IMG/VR virus record: IMGVR_UViG_3300036832_000322
Span: 1-31,948 of that record
Strand: one strand, 5' to 3'
Source of the DNA: a virus
Taxonomy: Duplodnaviria; Caudoviricetes
DNA: 31,948 bases
The position numbers and the translations under genes were made by a program. How positions within the stretch are numbered: position 1 is the first letter of the stretch; every line of letters begins with the position of its first letter. Below are positions 24,416 to 31,948 of the stretch, one piece after another. The notes under the pieces were generated by a model. The model did not search any database and had not been told where the DNA came from. It saw nothing but the letters and a program-made list of their open reading frames with translations.

Positions 24416-24637
24416 GTGAGACGCCGGCGCGCGTCGATCGGGCCCGCGTACGTGCGCGACGAGGCGATCCATATTCCGAAAGGCGACACGGTGTACACGA
24501 TCGATCTCGACGAGATCACCGTCGAGGCGCTCGAGCGCGGGATCTGTCCGGAGGAGCTCGCGCAACGCATGCACGATTTACTACGGTGGCGACGCGAGGC
24601 GATTCGCGCAACAACGCCGCCCATTGTGAGGGGGTGA
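24416..24637 (+). CDS. hypothetical protein
   Basis: GTGA overlap with the methyltransferase C-terminal frame; phage-like codon usage. Confidence 0.55.
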   Translation: MRRRRASIGPAYVRDEAIHIPKGDTVYTIDLDEITVEALERGICPEELAQRMHDLLRWRREAIRATTPPIVRG

Positions 24638-24641
24638 CAGT

Positions 24642-24935
24642 ATGGCCGCGTCCTACCGATTTTTGATCACCGACGAGATCCCCGTGCTCGTGGCGTGCAC
24701 GTATGAACCCTCGAGCGCGTCGCCGGGGAAAACGATTTGCTACAACGAGGATGGATCCGCGCTCGTCGTCGAGCCCGAGTCGGCCGGCGGCAAGATTCGC
24801 CCGACGCGGCCCGACGAGCACGCCGACACGCCGTGGTGTTGGGCCGACGCGTGCGGGGATCTGCTCGTCTACCGGCCCGATCCCGATCACGAGCCCGATC
24901 ATATCGTCGCGTTTCGCATAGTGGAGTCGTCGTGA
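24642..24935 (+). CDS. hypothetical protein
   Basis: RBS GAGGGGG; coupled to the next gene. Confidence 0.6.
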   Translation: MAASYRFLITDEIPVLVACTYEPSSASPGKTICYNEDGSALVVEPESAGGKIRPTRPDEHADTPWCWADACGDLLVYRPDPDHEPDHIVAFRIVESS

Positions 24936-25984
24936 GAGCGGGATCCGTCGTCTTGCTCGGGAGCGAGTACGGCGCGGCCTCGAGCGTCACGCCGATCGTG
25001 CGGCCGTTTCCGCCGGCGCCGCCCGGCGCATACGATTCCGTGTTGCCGTGGTCGCCGCCGGCGACGCGTGATTACTTGCGCGGGGATTTTTGGGCCGTGC
25101 CGTGCGCGGGATTGCCGGCCGTGCCCGGCGGCCCGTCGGGTGGCTCGTCGGAATTTCCAGAGCGGATCATTACCGGGCTCGACTACAAATACGATCGATC
25201 GAAGTACTGGCCGGCCATGGTCGATCGCCACCGTGAACGCGGATACACCCATTGGCTCCGATGGGCGAGTAATGCGCTGTACGACGGGCCCGAGTACGGC
25301 GGCAACCCCTCGATCGCAAAATTTGTGGATGACTGCGGGTTGCTCAAGCGGTTAGGCATGCGGTACGTGATCGTGAGTCTCTGGAGCAAGGTTTACGATC
25401 CGCGCGACATGACGCCGCAACAGTATCAGGATCGCGTCGGGCCGTTGCTCGAGGCGTTGCTCGCCGCGCGCGTCGTCGACGAAGTGATCCCGGGTTTCGA
25501 GTGGGATAGCGGCAACGTCCCCGGCGACACGACGATCCAGATTTTCAAGTGGGTAGGACAAACGGCGCACGCGCGCGGCGTCTCGTGTTGGGCGCATTTT
25601 TATCCGCACGTCACGGCGTGGTTTGCCGACGGCGATGAGCGCGGCCGGTTTGGCTTTTGGGAGGATCTCGGCGCCGACGTCGACGGGATCGACTATCAGG
25701 CCGACGCGTCGTGGGACGTGCCCGAGCTCCAAGCGCGGATCGTCGATTCGCTGTGGACGTTTGGCGAAAACGGCAATCTGCACAAATTCCGACTCTGTGA
25801 GGATCAAGCGATCAAGCAATTTACCGGCGATCCCTGGGGATCGGGATCGCTCCACCCCGACGAGATCGACGGATCCGCGCGCGGGTATTACGCCGCATGC
25901 ACGATCGACAACGTGAAAGGGACCGAGGCGAAAGTGTGGGGCTATGGTAACGGTGGCATGGGCGCCGACGGTGGGTGGTTGTGA
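24932..25984 (+). CDS. aromatic-rich enzyme-like protein, possibly a TIM-barrel glycoside hydrolase
   Basis: GTG at 24932. Alternating alpha/beta pattern, RERGYTHW, VIPGFEWD, DGIDYQ, many Trp and Asp. The function is an inference. Confidence 0.55.
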   Translation: MRAGSVVLLGSEYGAASSVTPIVRPFPPAPPGAYDSVLPWSPPATRDYLRGDFWAVPCAGLPAVPGGPSGGSSEFPERIITGLDYKYDRSKYWPAMVDRHRERGYTHWLRWASNALYDGPEYGGNPSIAKFVDDCGLLKRLGMRYVIVSLWSKVYDPRDMTPQQYQDRVGPLLEALLAARVVDEVIPGFEWDSGNVPGDTTIQIFKWVGQTAHARGVSCWAHFYPHVTAWFADGDERGRFGFWEDLGADVDGIDYQADASWDVPELQARIVDSLWTFGENGNLHKFRLCEDQAIKQFTGDPWGSGSLHPDEIDGSARGYYAACTIDNVKGTEAKVWGYGNGGMGADGGWL

Positions 25985-26391
25985 TGGCGTTTCATGTGCC
26001 CGAAGCGGCGCGCGATACGACGCACTACATTCTCGCGACGACGCCGAGCGACGGCAATAACGGCGCCTTTAACCTCGAGTCGCCCGAGCCCGGGTGGCGC
26101 CTGGCCGTCTTATGTAGCGACGGCACCGATCCCGACGTGCCCGACGCGGCCGGGTGGGAGCACGTCTCGATCCACGCGCATCGTGATCGCGGCCGACAAA
26201 TGCGTACGCCGACGTGGAAAGAAATGGCGTATGTCAAAGCGATCTGTTGGGACGACGAGGATCTCGTGATCCAGTATCACCCGCGCAAATCCGAGTATGT
26301 GAACAATCACCCGCACGTGTTGCACTTGTGGCGGTATACCCTGGGCGAGATCCCGACGCCGCCACCGCTGCTCGTCGGTGTGTTGCGATGA
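25984..26391 (+). CDS. conserved phage protein of unknown function
   Basis: GWEHVS..RTPTWKEM.YVK...W......IQYHP..SEYVN.HP.VLHLWR family motif. Confidence 0.8.
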   Translation: MAFHVPEAARDTTHYILATTPSDGNNGAFNLESPEPGWRLAVLCSDGTDPDVPDAAGWEHVSIHAHRDRGRQMRTPTWKEMAYVKAICWDDEDLVIQYHPRKSEYVNNHPHVLHLWRYTLGEIPTPPPLLVGVLR

Positions 26392-26579
26392 TCGCGCCGC
26401 TCACGCGCGCCATGCTCGAGGCCGTCACCGGCGATCCCGACGATAGCGATCTCATTTTGCGCGCGACGTGTCACCCGCTCGCCGGGTTGCGCGCGTCCTA
26501 CAATCCCAAGGCCGGCACCCTCGCGCTCACGTGCGACGCGTGTAACCGGCTCGTCGTCGCCGTGGTGGTGCAACGGTGA
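26388..26579 (+). CDS. small zinc-ribbon-like protein
   Basis: ATGA overlap; CHP..CDAC. Confidence 0.55.
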   Translation: MIAPLTRAMLEAVTGDPDDSDLILRATCHPLAGLRASYNPKAGTLALTCDACNRLVVAVVVQR

Positions 26580-26785
26580 CGCCCGACGACGAGGCGCTCA
26601 TCGCGCGGCACGTGCAATGGTTCTATCGCAACCGGATTAAGGATCCGCCCGATTCGCTGTTCGTGCTGGCTTTGGAGTTTTGCAAAACTGAAACGGCGAT
26701 CCTCGAGGGGATCGACGATGCGCGCACGCTATATGAGGCCGCGGATCAAGCGTTCGCCCGCGGCAAGCTCAAGGTGCGGCCGTGA
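26576..26785 (+). CDS. hypothetical protein
   Basis: GTGA overlaps on both sides. Confidence 0.55.
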   Translation: MTPDDEALIARHVQWFYRNRIKDPPDSLFVLALEFCKTETAILEGIDDARTLYEAADQAFARGKLKVRP

Positions 26786-26988
26786 CGTTGATCGAGTCGA
26801 CGACGCCGGTCCGCGTGAGCATGGGGTGCGCGTTCTGCGCGTGGCGGATCGTCATGTCGGGCCCGGCGCTCGAGGTCGCCCACTTCCTCCGCGCACGCGC
26901 ACAAGAGCATGTACGCGAGTTACACCCGGAGCAATCCCCGGCCGGGGATCTCAGCCTGACCCTCCTGGCGGAATTAGGGTTCCGGTAA
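26782..26988 (+). CDS. hypothetical protein (CxxC..H..H)
   Basis: GTGA overlap. CAFC..EHVRELH. Abuts the HNH ATG. Confidence 0.55.
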   Translation: MTLIESTTPVRVSMGCAFCAWRIVMSGPALEVAHFLRARAQEHVRELHPEQSPAGDLSLTLLAELGFR

Positions 26989-27351
26989 ATGCCACGGCAA
27001 CCGATCCGCGCGTGCGGTCACTGCGGGCGCCTCGGCTGTACCGTGCACGGTGGCCGCGGTGGATGGAATCGTCCCGACGCACCCGCCCGTATCCGTGGCC
27101 GCCGACTCCAAACGCTACGCCGCCGATTGTTCGCCGAGTCGCCGCTCTGTGTCCTGTGTGCCGCCATGGGCCGCGCCAGGCCGGCTACCGTGCGCGATCA
27201 CATCGTCCCTCTGGCCGAGGGCGGCCTCGACGACGATCGCAACGTACAAGCGATTTGTACGCCGTGCAGTGATGCCAAGACACAACGCGAGGCCGAGCGC
27301 GGTTTGGCTCGTGTCGGCGCGGGGGGGCGGATCAAAGACCGTGCCACGTGA
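26989..27351 (+). CDS. terminase-associated HNH endonuclease (HK97 gp74-like)
   Basis: PLCVLC..ATVRDHIVPLAEGG.DD..NVQAICTPC..KT..E, directly upstream of the terminase. Confidence 0.85.
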   Translation: MPRQPIRACGHCGRLGCTVHGGRGGWNRPDAPARIRGRRLQTLRRRLFAESPLCVLCAAMGRARPATVRDHIVPLAEGGLDDDRNVQAICTPCSDAKTQREAERGLARVGAGGRIKDRAT

Positions 27352-27505
27352 ACCCGGAAACCGGGGACCGTGCCGATTTCTACTTGTCCGTAAATCCGTT
27401 AGTGGCAAGGGGTTGCGGGTGCCACAAGGGCTAGTGCTGAAAATAGCGGGCGGGTGCTGAATATAAGGAATAAGGGGCCGCGCCAGGACAACGCGGCCCC
27501 GTTTG
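27320..27505. other. probable cos/packaging and late regulatory region
   Basis: GGGGGGGCGGATCAAA tract at the end of HNH, direct repeats GACCGTGCC and GTGCTGAA, hairpin GGGGCCGCG/CGCGGCCCC at 27474-27500. The position matches HK97-type phages. Confidence 0.45.
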
Positions 27506-27550
27506 GAGTTACCGCCACCGGCAAAAGTGGGGCGTTGGAGTATACGCCCC

Positions 27551-29410
27551 GTGCCCGAAAAAGATTGGACGCCGGCGCAAGTTTACGGCCATTTGCCCCC
27601 CAAACCGGGCAAGCGTCCCCGTGGCCGGCCACGCCTCGACGACGCCGAGAAGGCGCGCCGCGAGACGCTCAAACCCTGCCGCACGGGGCCCAAACCCGGC
27701 CCCGAGCCCCTCGAGACGCTTGTCGCACCCCGGGCGTACCTGGCGCTCGCCGCGGACTACGCGAGGCGCGTCGCGGACGGATCGATCGTCGCGTGTACGT
27801 GGGTGCGCCTGGCCGTCGCGCGGCAAGGCCGCGATCGGGCGCGCGCGGCCGCGGATCCCGCGTGGCCGTTTGTGTGGTCGGACGCCGAGGCGATCGCCGC
27901 GTGTACGTTTCTCGAGCGGTTGCCGCACACCGAGGGCACGTGGACGACGCCGTTAATCGAGCTCGCGCCGTGGCAAGTGTTCGTCGTGTCGACGTTGTTT
28001 GGGTGGCGCCGGCGTGACGATCCCGCGCGGCGCCGGTTTACGAGTCTGTATCTCGAGCTCGGGCGCAAGGGCGCGAAGTCGACGCTACTCGCGGGAATTT
28101 TGCTCTATCACGTCTGTTGCGAGCACGAGCCGGGCGCGATGGGCGTATGCGGCGCGACGACGGGGCAACAAGCGCGGATCGTGTTTTCGATCGCGCAACG
28201 CATGGTCCGGCGATCGGCCTGGCTCCGGGAGACGTACGGGCTCCAAGCGTTTGCCAACGCGATTATCAGCGACGAGGCGACGATCAAACCGATCAACGCG
28301 AAGGCCTCGACGCAAGACGGGCTCAACCCCTCGTGTATCGTGCTCGACGAGTCGCACGCGCAAAGTTTCGCGTTGCATGACGTGCTCAAGAGTAGCCAGG
28401 GCGCGCGCCGCAATCCGTTGATCGCGTGTCCGACGACGGCCGGGTACGATTTGCTGTCCGTCGGGTACGCGTTGCGGACGGCGGCGATCAAGATGCTCGA
28501 GGGGGTGCTCGAGGCCGATCACATGCTCGCGCTCGTCTACACGCTCGACGAGGGCGACGACTGGCGCGACGCGCGCACGTGGATCAAAGCCAATCCGATG
28601 ATCGGGATCACCCCGTCGTATGAGTGGGTGCGATCGTATTGCTTGGACGCGCAAGCGACGCCCGGGCTCGAGGCCGAGTTTCGCGTCAAGGTGTGCTCGG
28701 AGTGGGCCAACGCCGCGAGTACGTGGTTGTCGGTGGCGGCCTGGGATCGGTGCGCGGATCCGACGCTCACGCTCGAGGCCTTCGCGGGGCAACGGTGCTG
28801 GATCGGCGGCGACCTGGCGCAACTCGACGATCTCGCGGCGCTCGCGTGGGTGTTTGAGCGCGCCGGCTTGGTGCACGTGTTCGTGCGGTTTTACTGTCCG
28901 CGCGACGTGGTGGCCGCCCGCGCGCGCGCCGTCCCGCAGTATCGCGCGTGGGCCGACAGTGGCGAGCTCGTGCTCACCGACGGCGACATGATCGACTATC
29001 AGCGGATCGAGGCCGACGTGCGCGCCTCGTGTAAACGGTTCAACGTCGCCGCGTTGCGGTTTGATCAATTCGGCTCGGCCGGGATCGTGTCGGCGCTCGC
29101 CGGCGACGGTTTCCCCGCGGCAATCCTCGACAAAAACCGGAAAACCATGACGCCGCCGGCGCGCGAGCTCGAGACGCGCGTCCGACACGGCAAGATCCGC
29201 CACGATGGCTCGGCGTGCTTACGGTGGCAAATCTCTAATGCCGTCGTCACGCGCGGCGTCGACGATACGTTGTTGCCGAAAAAAGTCGATCCGCATTCGC
29301 CGCACAAAATCGACGGCGTCGACGCGATGCTCCAAGCGTTGTCGGCCCTGCTCACGCCGGCCGAGCGGCCGCGCGAGTATCAAATGCTCGTGTTAGGGGG
29401 GACGCGATGA
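27551..29410 (+). CDS. terL: terminase large subunit (HK97-type)
   Basis: L.PWQ.F, RRF...YLELGRKGAKS (Walker A), GLNPSCIVLDE (Walker B), TTAG, W.KANP, GGDLA..DD, KIDGVDA. GTG at 27551 follows GGAG. Confidence 0.95.
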   Translation: MPEKDWTPAQVYGHLPPKPGKRPRGRPRLDDAEKARRETLKPCRTGPKPGPEPLETLVAPRAYLALAADYARRVADGSIVACTWVRLAVARQGRDRARAAADPAWPFVWSDAEAIAACTFLERLPHTEGTWTTPLIELAPWQVFVVSTLFGWRRRDDPARRRFTSLYLELGRKGAKSTLLAGILLYHVCCEHEPGAMGVCGATTGQQARIVFSIAQRMVRRSAWLRETYGLQAFANAIISDEATIKPINAKASTQDGLNPSCIVLDESHAQSFALHDVLKSSQGARRNPLIACPTTAGYDLLSVGYALRTAAIKMLEGVLEADHMLALVYTLDEGDDWRDARTWIKANPMIGITPSYEWVRSYCLDAQATPGLEAEFRVKVCSEWANAASTWLSVAAWDRCADPTLTLEAFAGQRCWIGGDLAQLDDLAALAWVFERAGLVHVFVRFYCPRDVVAARARAVPQYRAWADSGELVLTDGDMIDYQRIEADVRASCKRFNVAALRFDQFGSAGIVSALAGDGFPAAILDKNRKTMTPPARELETRVRHGKIRHDGSACLRWQISNAVVTRGVDDTLLPKKVDPHSPHKIDGVDAMLQALSALLTPAERPREYQMLVLGGTR

Positions 29411-29595
29411 CGGATCCCAAACGCCCGCGCGGACGGCCGCCGCTGATGCCCGATGATCGCGTCGTGCCGGTGAGCATCGGATTACCCTCGAAACAGTATG
29501 CGGATCTCTGTAAAGAGGCGCAGCACGACGCGACGACGGTCCCGGAATTGATCCGGCGCGCGTTGCGCGACCGTCCCAAAGCCCCGACGTCCTAA
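29407..29595 (+). CDS. small ribbon-helix-helix DNA-binding protein with AT-hook-like N-terminus
   Basis: RBS AGGGGG and ATGA overlap. KRPRGRPP..VSIGLPSKQYADLCKEA....TTVPELIRRAL. Confidence 0.65.
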   Translation: MTDPKRPRGRPPLMPDDRVVPVSIGLPSKQYADLCKEAQHDATTVPELIRRALRDRPKAPTS

Positions 29596-29640
29596 ACGCG
29601 TTTTCTTATTAACAAATCGACAAAAGGCTGAGGTCGCCCC

Positions 29641-31548
29641 ATGCTGTCGGGCACCGTGTTCAATCGCGCGTACGCCGTGTTGCACGTCGCGGCCTTCAAC
29701 GACGACGCGCGTACGTTCACCGGGATCGCGACGACGCCGACGCCCGATCGGCGCGCCGACGTGCTCGAGCCCCTCGGCGCGACCTTCACCAATCCGATCC
29801 CGCTGCTTTTTCATCACGATCGCGAACAACCGATCGGCCTCGCGACGCTCGGCAAGCCGACGGCCGCGGGCGTGCCGTTTGAGGCCGCGATCCCGCGCGT
29901 CGACGAACCCGGCCGCCTCCGCGATCGGGTCGATGAGGCCTGGCAGTCGATCAAGGCCGGGATCATTCGCGGCGTGTCCGTCGGGTATCGCCCGCTGAAA
30001 AACGGGATCGAACCCATCAAAGACGGCGGGCTCCGGTTCACCAAAACCGAGCTCGTCGAGCTCTCGCTCGTCACCGTCCCGGCCAACGTCGAAGCAACGA
30101 TCCTCACGATCAAGTCACTCGACACGTCGGCCGCGTCAGGCCTTCACATATCCGGCGTTGCGGATAGGTTGCCCGTAGTCCGGGCCGTAAGGGGCGATAC
30201 GCCCATGACCATTACCGAGCAGATCACGCAGTTTGAAAGAACCCGCGGCACGAAGTCGGCGCGCATGTCCGAGCTCATGACGGCCGCCGCCGCCGAAAAC
30301 GTCACGCTCGACGCCACACAAACCGAGGAATACGACGGCCTGGCGCTCGAGGTGAAGTCGATCGACGCGCACCTCGTACGTTTGCGCGACCAGGAGAAAA
30401 CGAACGCCGCCGCCGCCGTCGCCGTCGCGCCGGTCCCGATCATCGCGGCCGCGGCGGCCGCGCGCAACGTGCCGATCGTGCAAGTCAAATCGCAGTTACC
30501 CAAAGGCACGGCGTTTGTGCGGTACTGCCAGGCCGTCGCGGCCTGTCACGGCGATCTCTTGCGCGCCGTCGAGTGGTCGAAACAATGGAAGGATTCGACG
30601 CCCGAAGTCGAGCTCGTGTTGAAAGCGGCCGTGGCGCCAGGCACGTCGACGGACGCGACATGGGCCGGCCCCCTCGCGCCGATCCAACCGCTCGCGACCG
30701 AGTTTCTCGAGCTCTTGCGCCCCTCGACGATTCTCGGCAAGGTCGACGGGTTTATCCGCGTCCCGTTCAACGTGTCGGTCCCCGCGCAAACGGGCGGCGG
30801 GACGTACGGGTGGGTGGGGCAAGGCGCGCCGAAACCCGTCACCAAGCTGACGTTTGGCACCGTCACGATCACGATCACCAAGTGCGCCGGCATCGTCGTG
30901 ATCACCGAGGAACTCGCGCGCAACTCCAACCCGTCGGCTGAGGCGATCATTCAAAAAGACATGATCAACGGGATCGCGCAATTCCTCGACGTGCAATTTA
31001 TCGATCCCACGGTCGCCGCGGTCGCGGGCGTGTCGCCGGGCAGTATCACGAATGGCGTCACGCCGATCACCTCGGCGGGCACGACGCCCGCCAACGCGCG
31101 GACCGACGTGATCGCGATGATGAACGCGTTTACGGCGGCGTTGATCCCGATCTCGGGGGCGACGTTGATCATGTCCGAGGCGAACGCGCTCGCGCTCTCG
31201 GCCGCGCTCAACCCCCTCGGACAGCCGTTGTGGCCGAATCTGATGATGACGGGCGGGACTGGCCCGCTCGGCCTCAAAGTAGTGACGAGTCAATCGGCGG
31301 GTAACAACGTCGTACTCGTCTCGCCGGGGTGCATCCTGTGGGCCGACGACGGCGGCGTCACGATCGACGTGTCGCGTGAGGCGTCGGTGCAGATGGATTC
31401 CGCGCCGGACAACCCCGCGCTCGCGACGACGGTCCTAACCTCGCTCTGGCAAAACAACCTCGTCGGGTTGCGTGCGGAGCGGTTTATCAATTGGAAAAAG
31501 GCGCGCACGGGATGCGTCGCCTACACCGTGCAGACGTACGCCGGATGA
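29641..31548 (+). CDS. prohead protease - HK97-fold major capsid protein fusion
   Basis: FTGIATTP..DR..D, PLLFHHD..PIG, GVSVGY and ELSLVTVPAN (protease), then a coiled-coil scaffold, WVGQG..KP and SLWQ.N.VGLRAERFINW (capsid). Confidence 0.93.
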   Translation: MLSGTVFNRAYAVLHVAAFNDDARTFTGIATTPTPDRRADVLEPLGATFTNPIPLLFHHDREQPIGLATLGKPTAAGVPFEAAIPRVDEPGRLRDRVDEAWQSIKAGIIRGVSVGYRPLKNGIEPIKDGGLRFTKTELVELSLVTVPANVEATILTIKSLDTSAASGLHISGVADRLPVVRAVRGDTPMTITEQITQFERTRGTKSARMSELMTAAAAENVTLDATQTEEYDGLALEVKSIDAHLVRLRDQEKTNAAAAVAVAPVPIIAAAAAARNVPIVQVKSQLPKGTAFVRYCQAVAACHGDLLRAVEWSKQWKDSTPEVELVLKAAVAPGTSTDATWAGPLAPIQPLATEFLELLRPSTILGKVDGFIRVPFNVSVPAQTGGGTYGWVGQGAPKPVTKLTFGTVTITITKCAGIVVITEELARNSNPSAEAIIQKDMINGIAQFLDVQFIDPTVAAVAGVSPGSITNGVTPITSAGTTPANARTDVIAMMNAFTAALIPISGATLIMSEANALALSAALNPLGQPLWPNLMMTGGTGPLGLKVVTSQSAGNNVVLVSPGCILWADDGGVTIDVSREASVQMDSAPDNPALATTVLTSLWQNNLVGLRAERFINWKKARTGCVAYTVQTYAG

Positions 31549-31745
31549 CACTGCTCGTGCTCGTTCGGCATACGTACGACGGTCGCACCTATGACGTCGG
31601 CGACACGTACGAGGTCGCCGACGATCTGTCGCTCGACGGGTCGCCGGTGACCGTCGCCGAGAGCATCATCGGCAACGGGATGGCGCGCCGCGCCGAGCGT
31701 CCCGCAGTCGCGCCGCCGGTGCACCTGAAACCTCGAAAGGCCTAA
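31545..31745 (+). CDS. small capsid-operon protein
   Basis: ATGA overlap. HTYDGRTYDVGDTYEV..I.NG.A. Confidence 0.65.
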   Translation: MTLLVLVRHTYDGRTYDVGDTYEVADDLSLDGSPVTVAESIIGNGMARRAERPAVAPPVHLKPRKA

Positions 31746-31749
31746 ACCG

Positions 31750-31938
31750 ATGGATCCGACTCCCACGATCGTCAACGGGCGCGCGGTCGTCTTTCCGGCG
31801 ACCGTGTGCGCGCTCGTGTATCACACGACGGACAGCGTCGATCCGCACGCCGAGGGCGACGAATACACCGTCTCGGATCCGGCGTTGTTCGAGACGTTGA
31901 TCGCGATCGGCTTTGTGCATTACGAACCGGCCCCGTGA
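31750..31938 (+). CDS. small capsid-operon protein, distantly similar to the previous gene
   Basis: HTTD....AEGDEYTV..LIAIGFV. RBS AAAGG. Confidence 0.6.
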   Translation: MDPTPTIVNGRAVVFPATVCALVYHTTDSVDPHAEGDEYTVSDPALFETLIAIGFVHYEPAP

Positions 31939-31948
31939 ACGTTTTCGG

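Larger units (their letters stand above)
22934..24419 (+). pseudogene. C5 cytosine DNA methyltransferase, interrupted
   Basis: Motifs I (SLFSGIGG), IV (GGFPCQ), VI (ENV) and VIII (HRRDRI) end near 23395. Motif X (RLKGLGNAIVPQ) resumes at about 24270-24419. About 820 bp of oppositely oriented genes lie between. Confidence 0.8.

Noticed and set aside
28085-29203. 372-aa minus-strand ORF
   Set aside because: Antisense shadow of terL.

Overview
The window is almost the whole genome of a GC-rich temperate siphophage with HK97-like morphogenesis genes. It is in the non-integrated form: attP (the 3' half of a tRNA-Gly(CCC), 11835-11882) is intact and no host genes are visible. Gene order: head-tail joining, tail tube, -1 frameshifted tail chaperone, short tape measure and tail tip/fibre genes (1-11200); attP, tyrosine integrase and leftward early genes (11277-14118); cI/cro-like switch, Xis-like and RecT/Bet genes (14420-16727); replication initiator and candidate iteron origin; beta-helix protein; RusA; a C5 methyltransferase broken by an inverted alpA-containing insert; HNH; terminase; protease-capsid fusion (to 31548). 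The portal gene probably starts at the right edge. The main finding is a compact candidate RNA-guided system: a lone Cas7/RAMP-like gene (16887-17552), an accessory gene (17549-18076) and a 491-bp non-coding array of GGY-NN pentamers cut into segments of mostly about 59-64 nt by a GGCGYGGCAGGY motif (18076-18566). Read as NN-x-NN-x, the variable dinucleotides of the last segment match the gene just downstream at 10 of 15 dinucleotides (24/30 nt). All calls come from motif recognition by eye; no searches were run.
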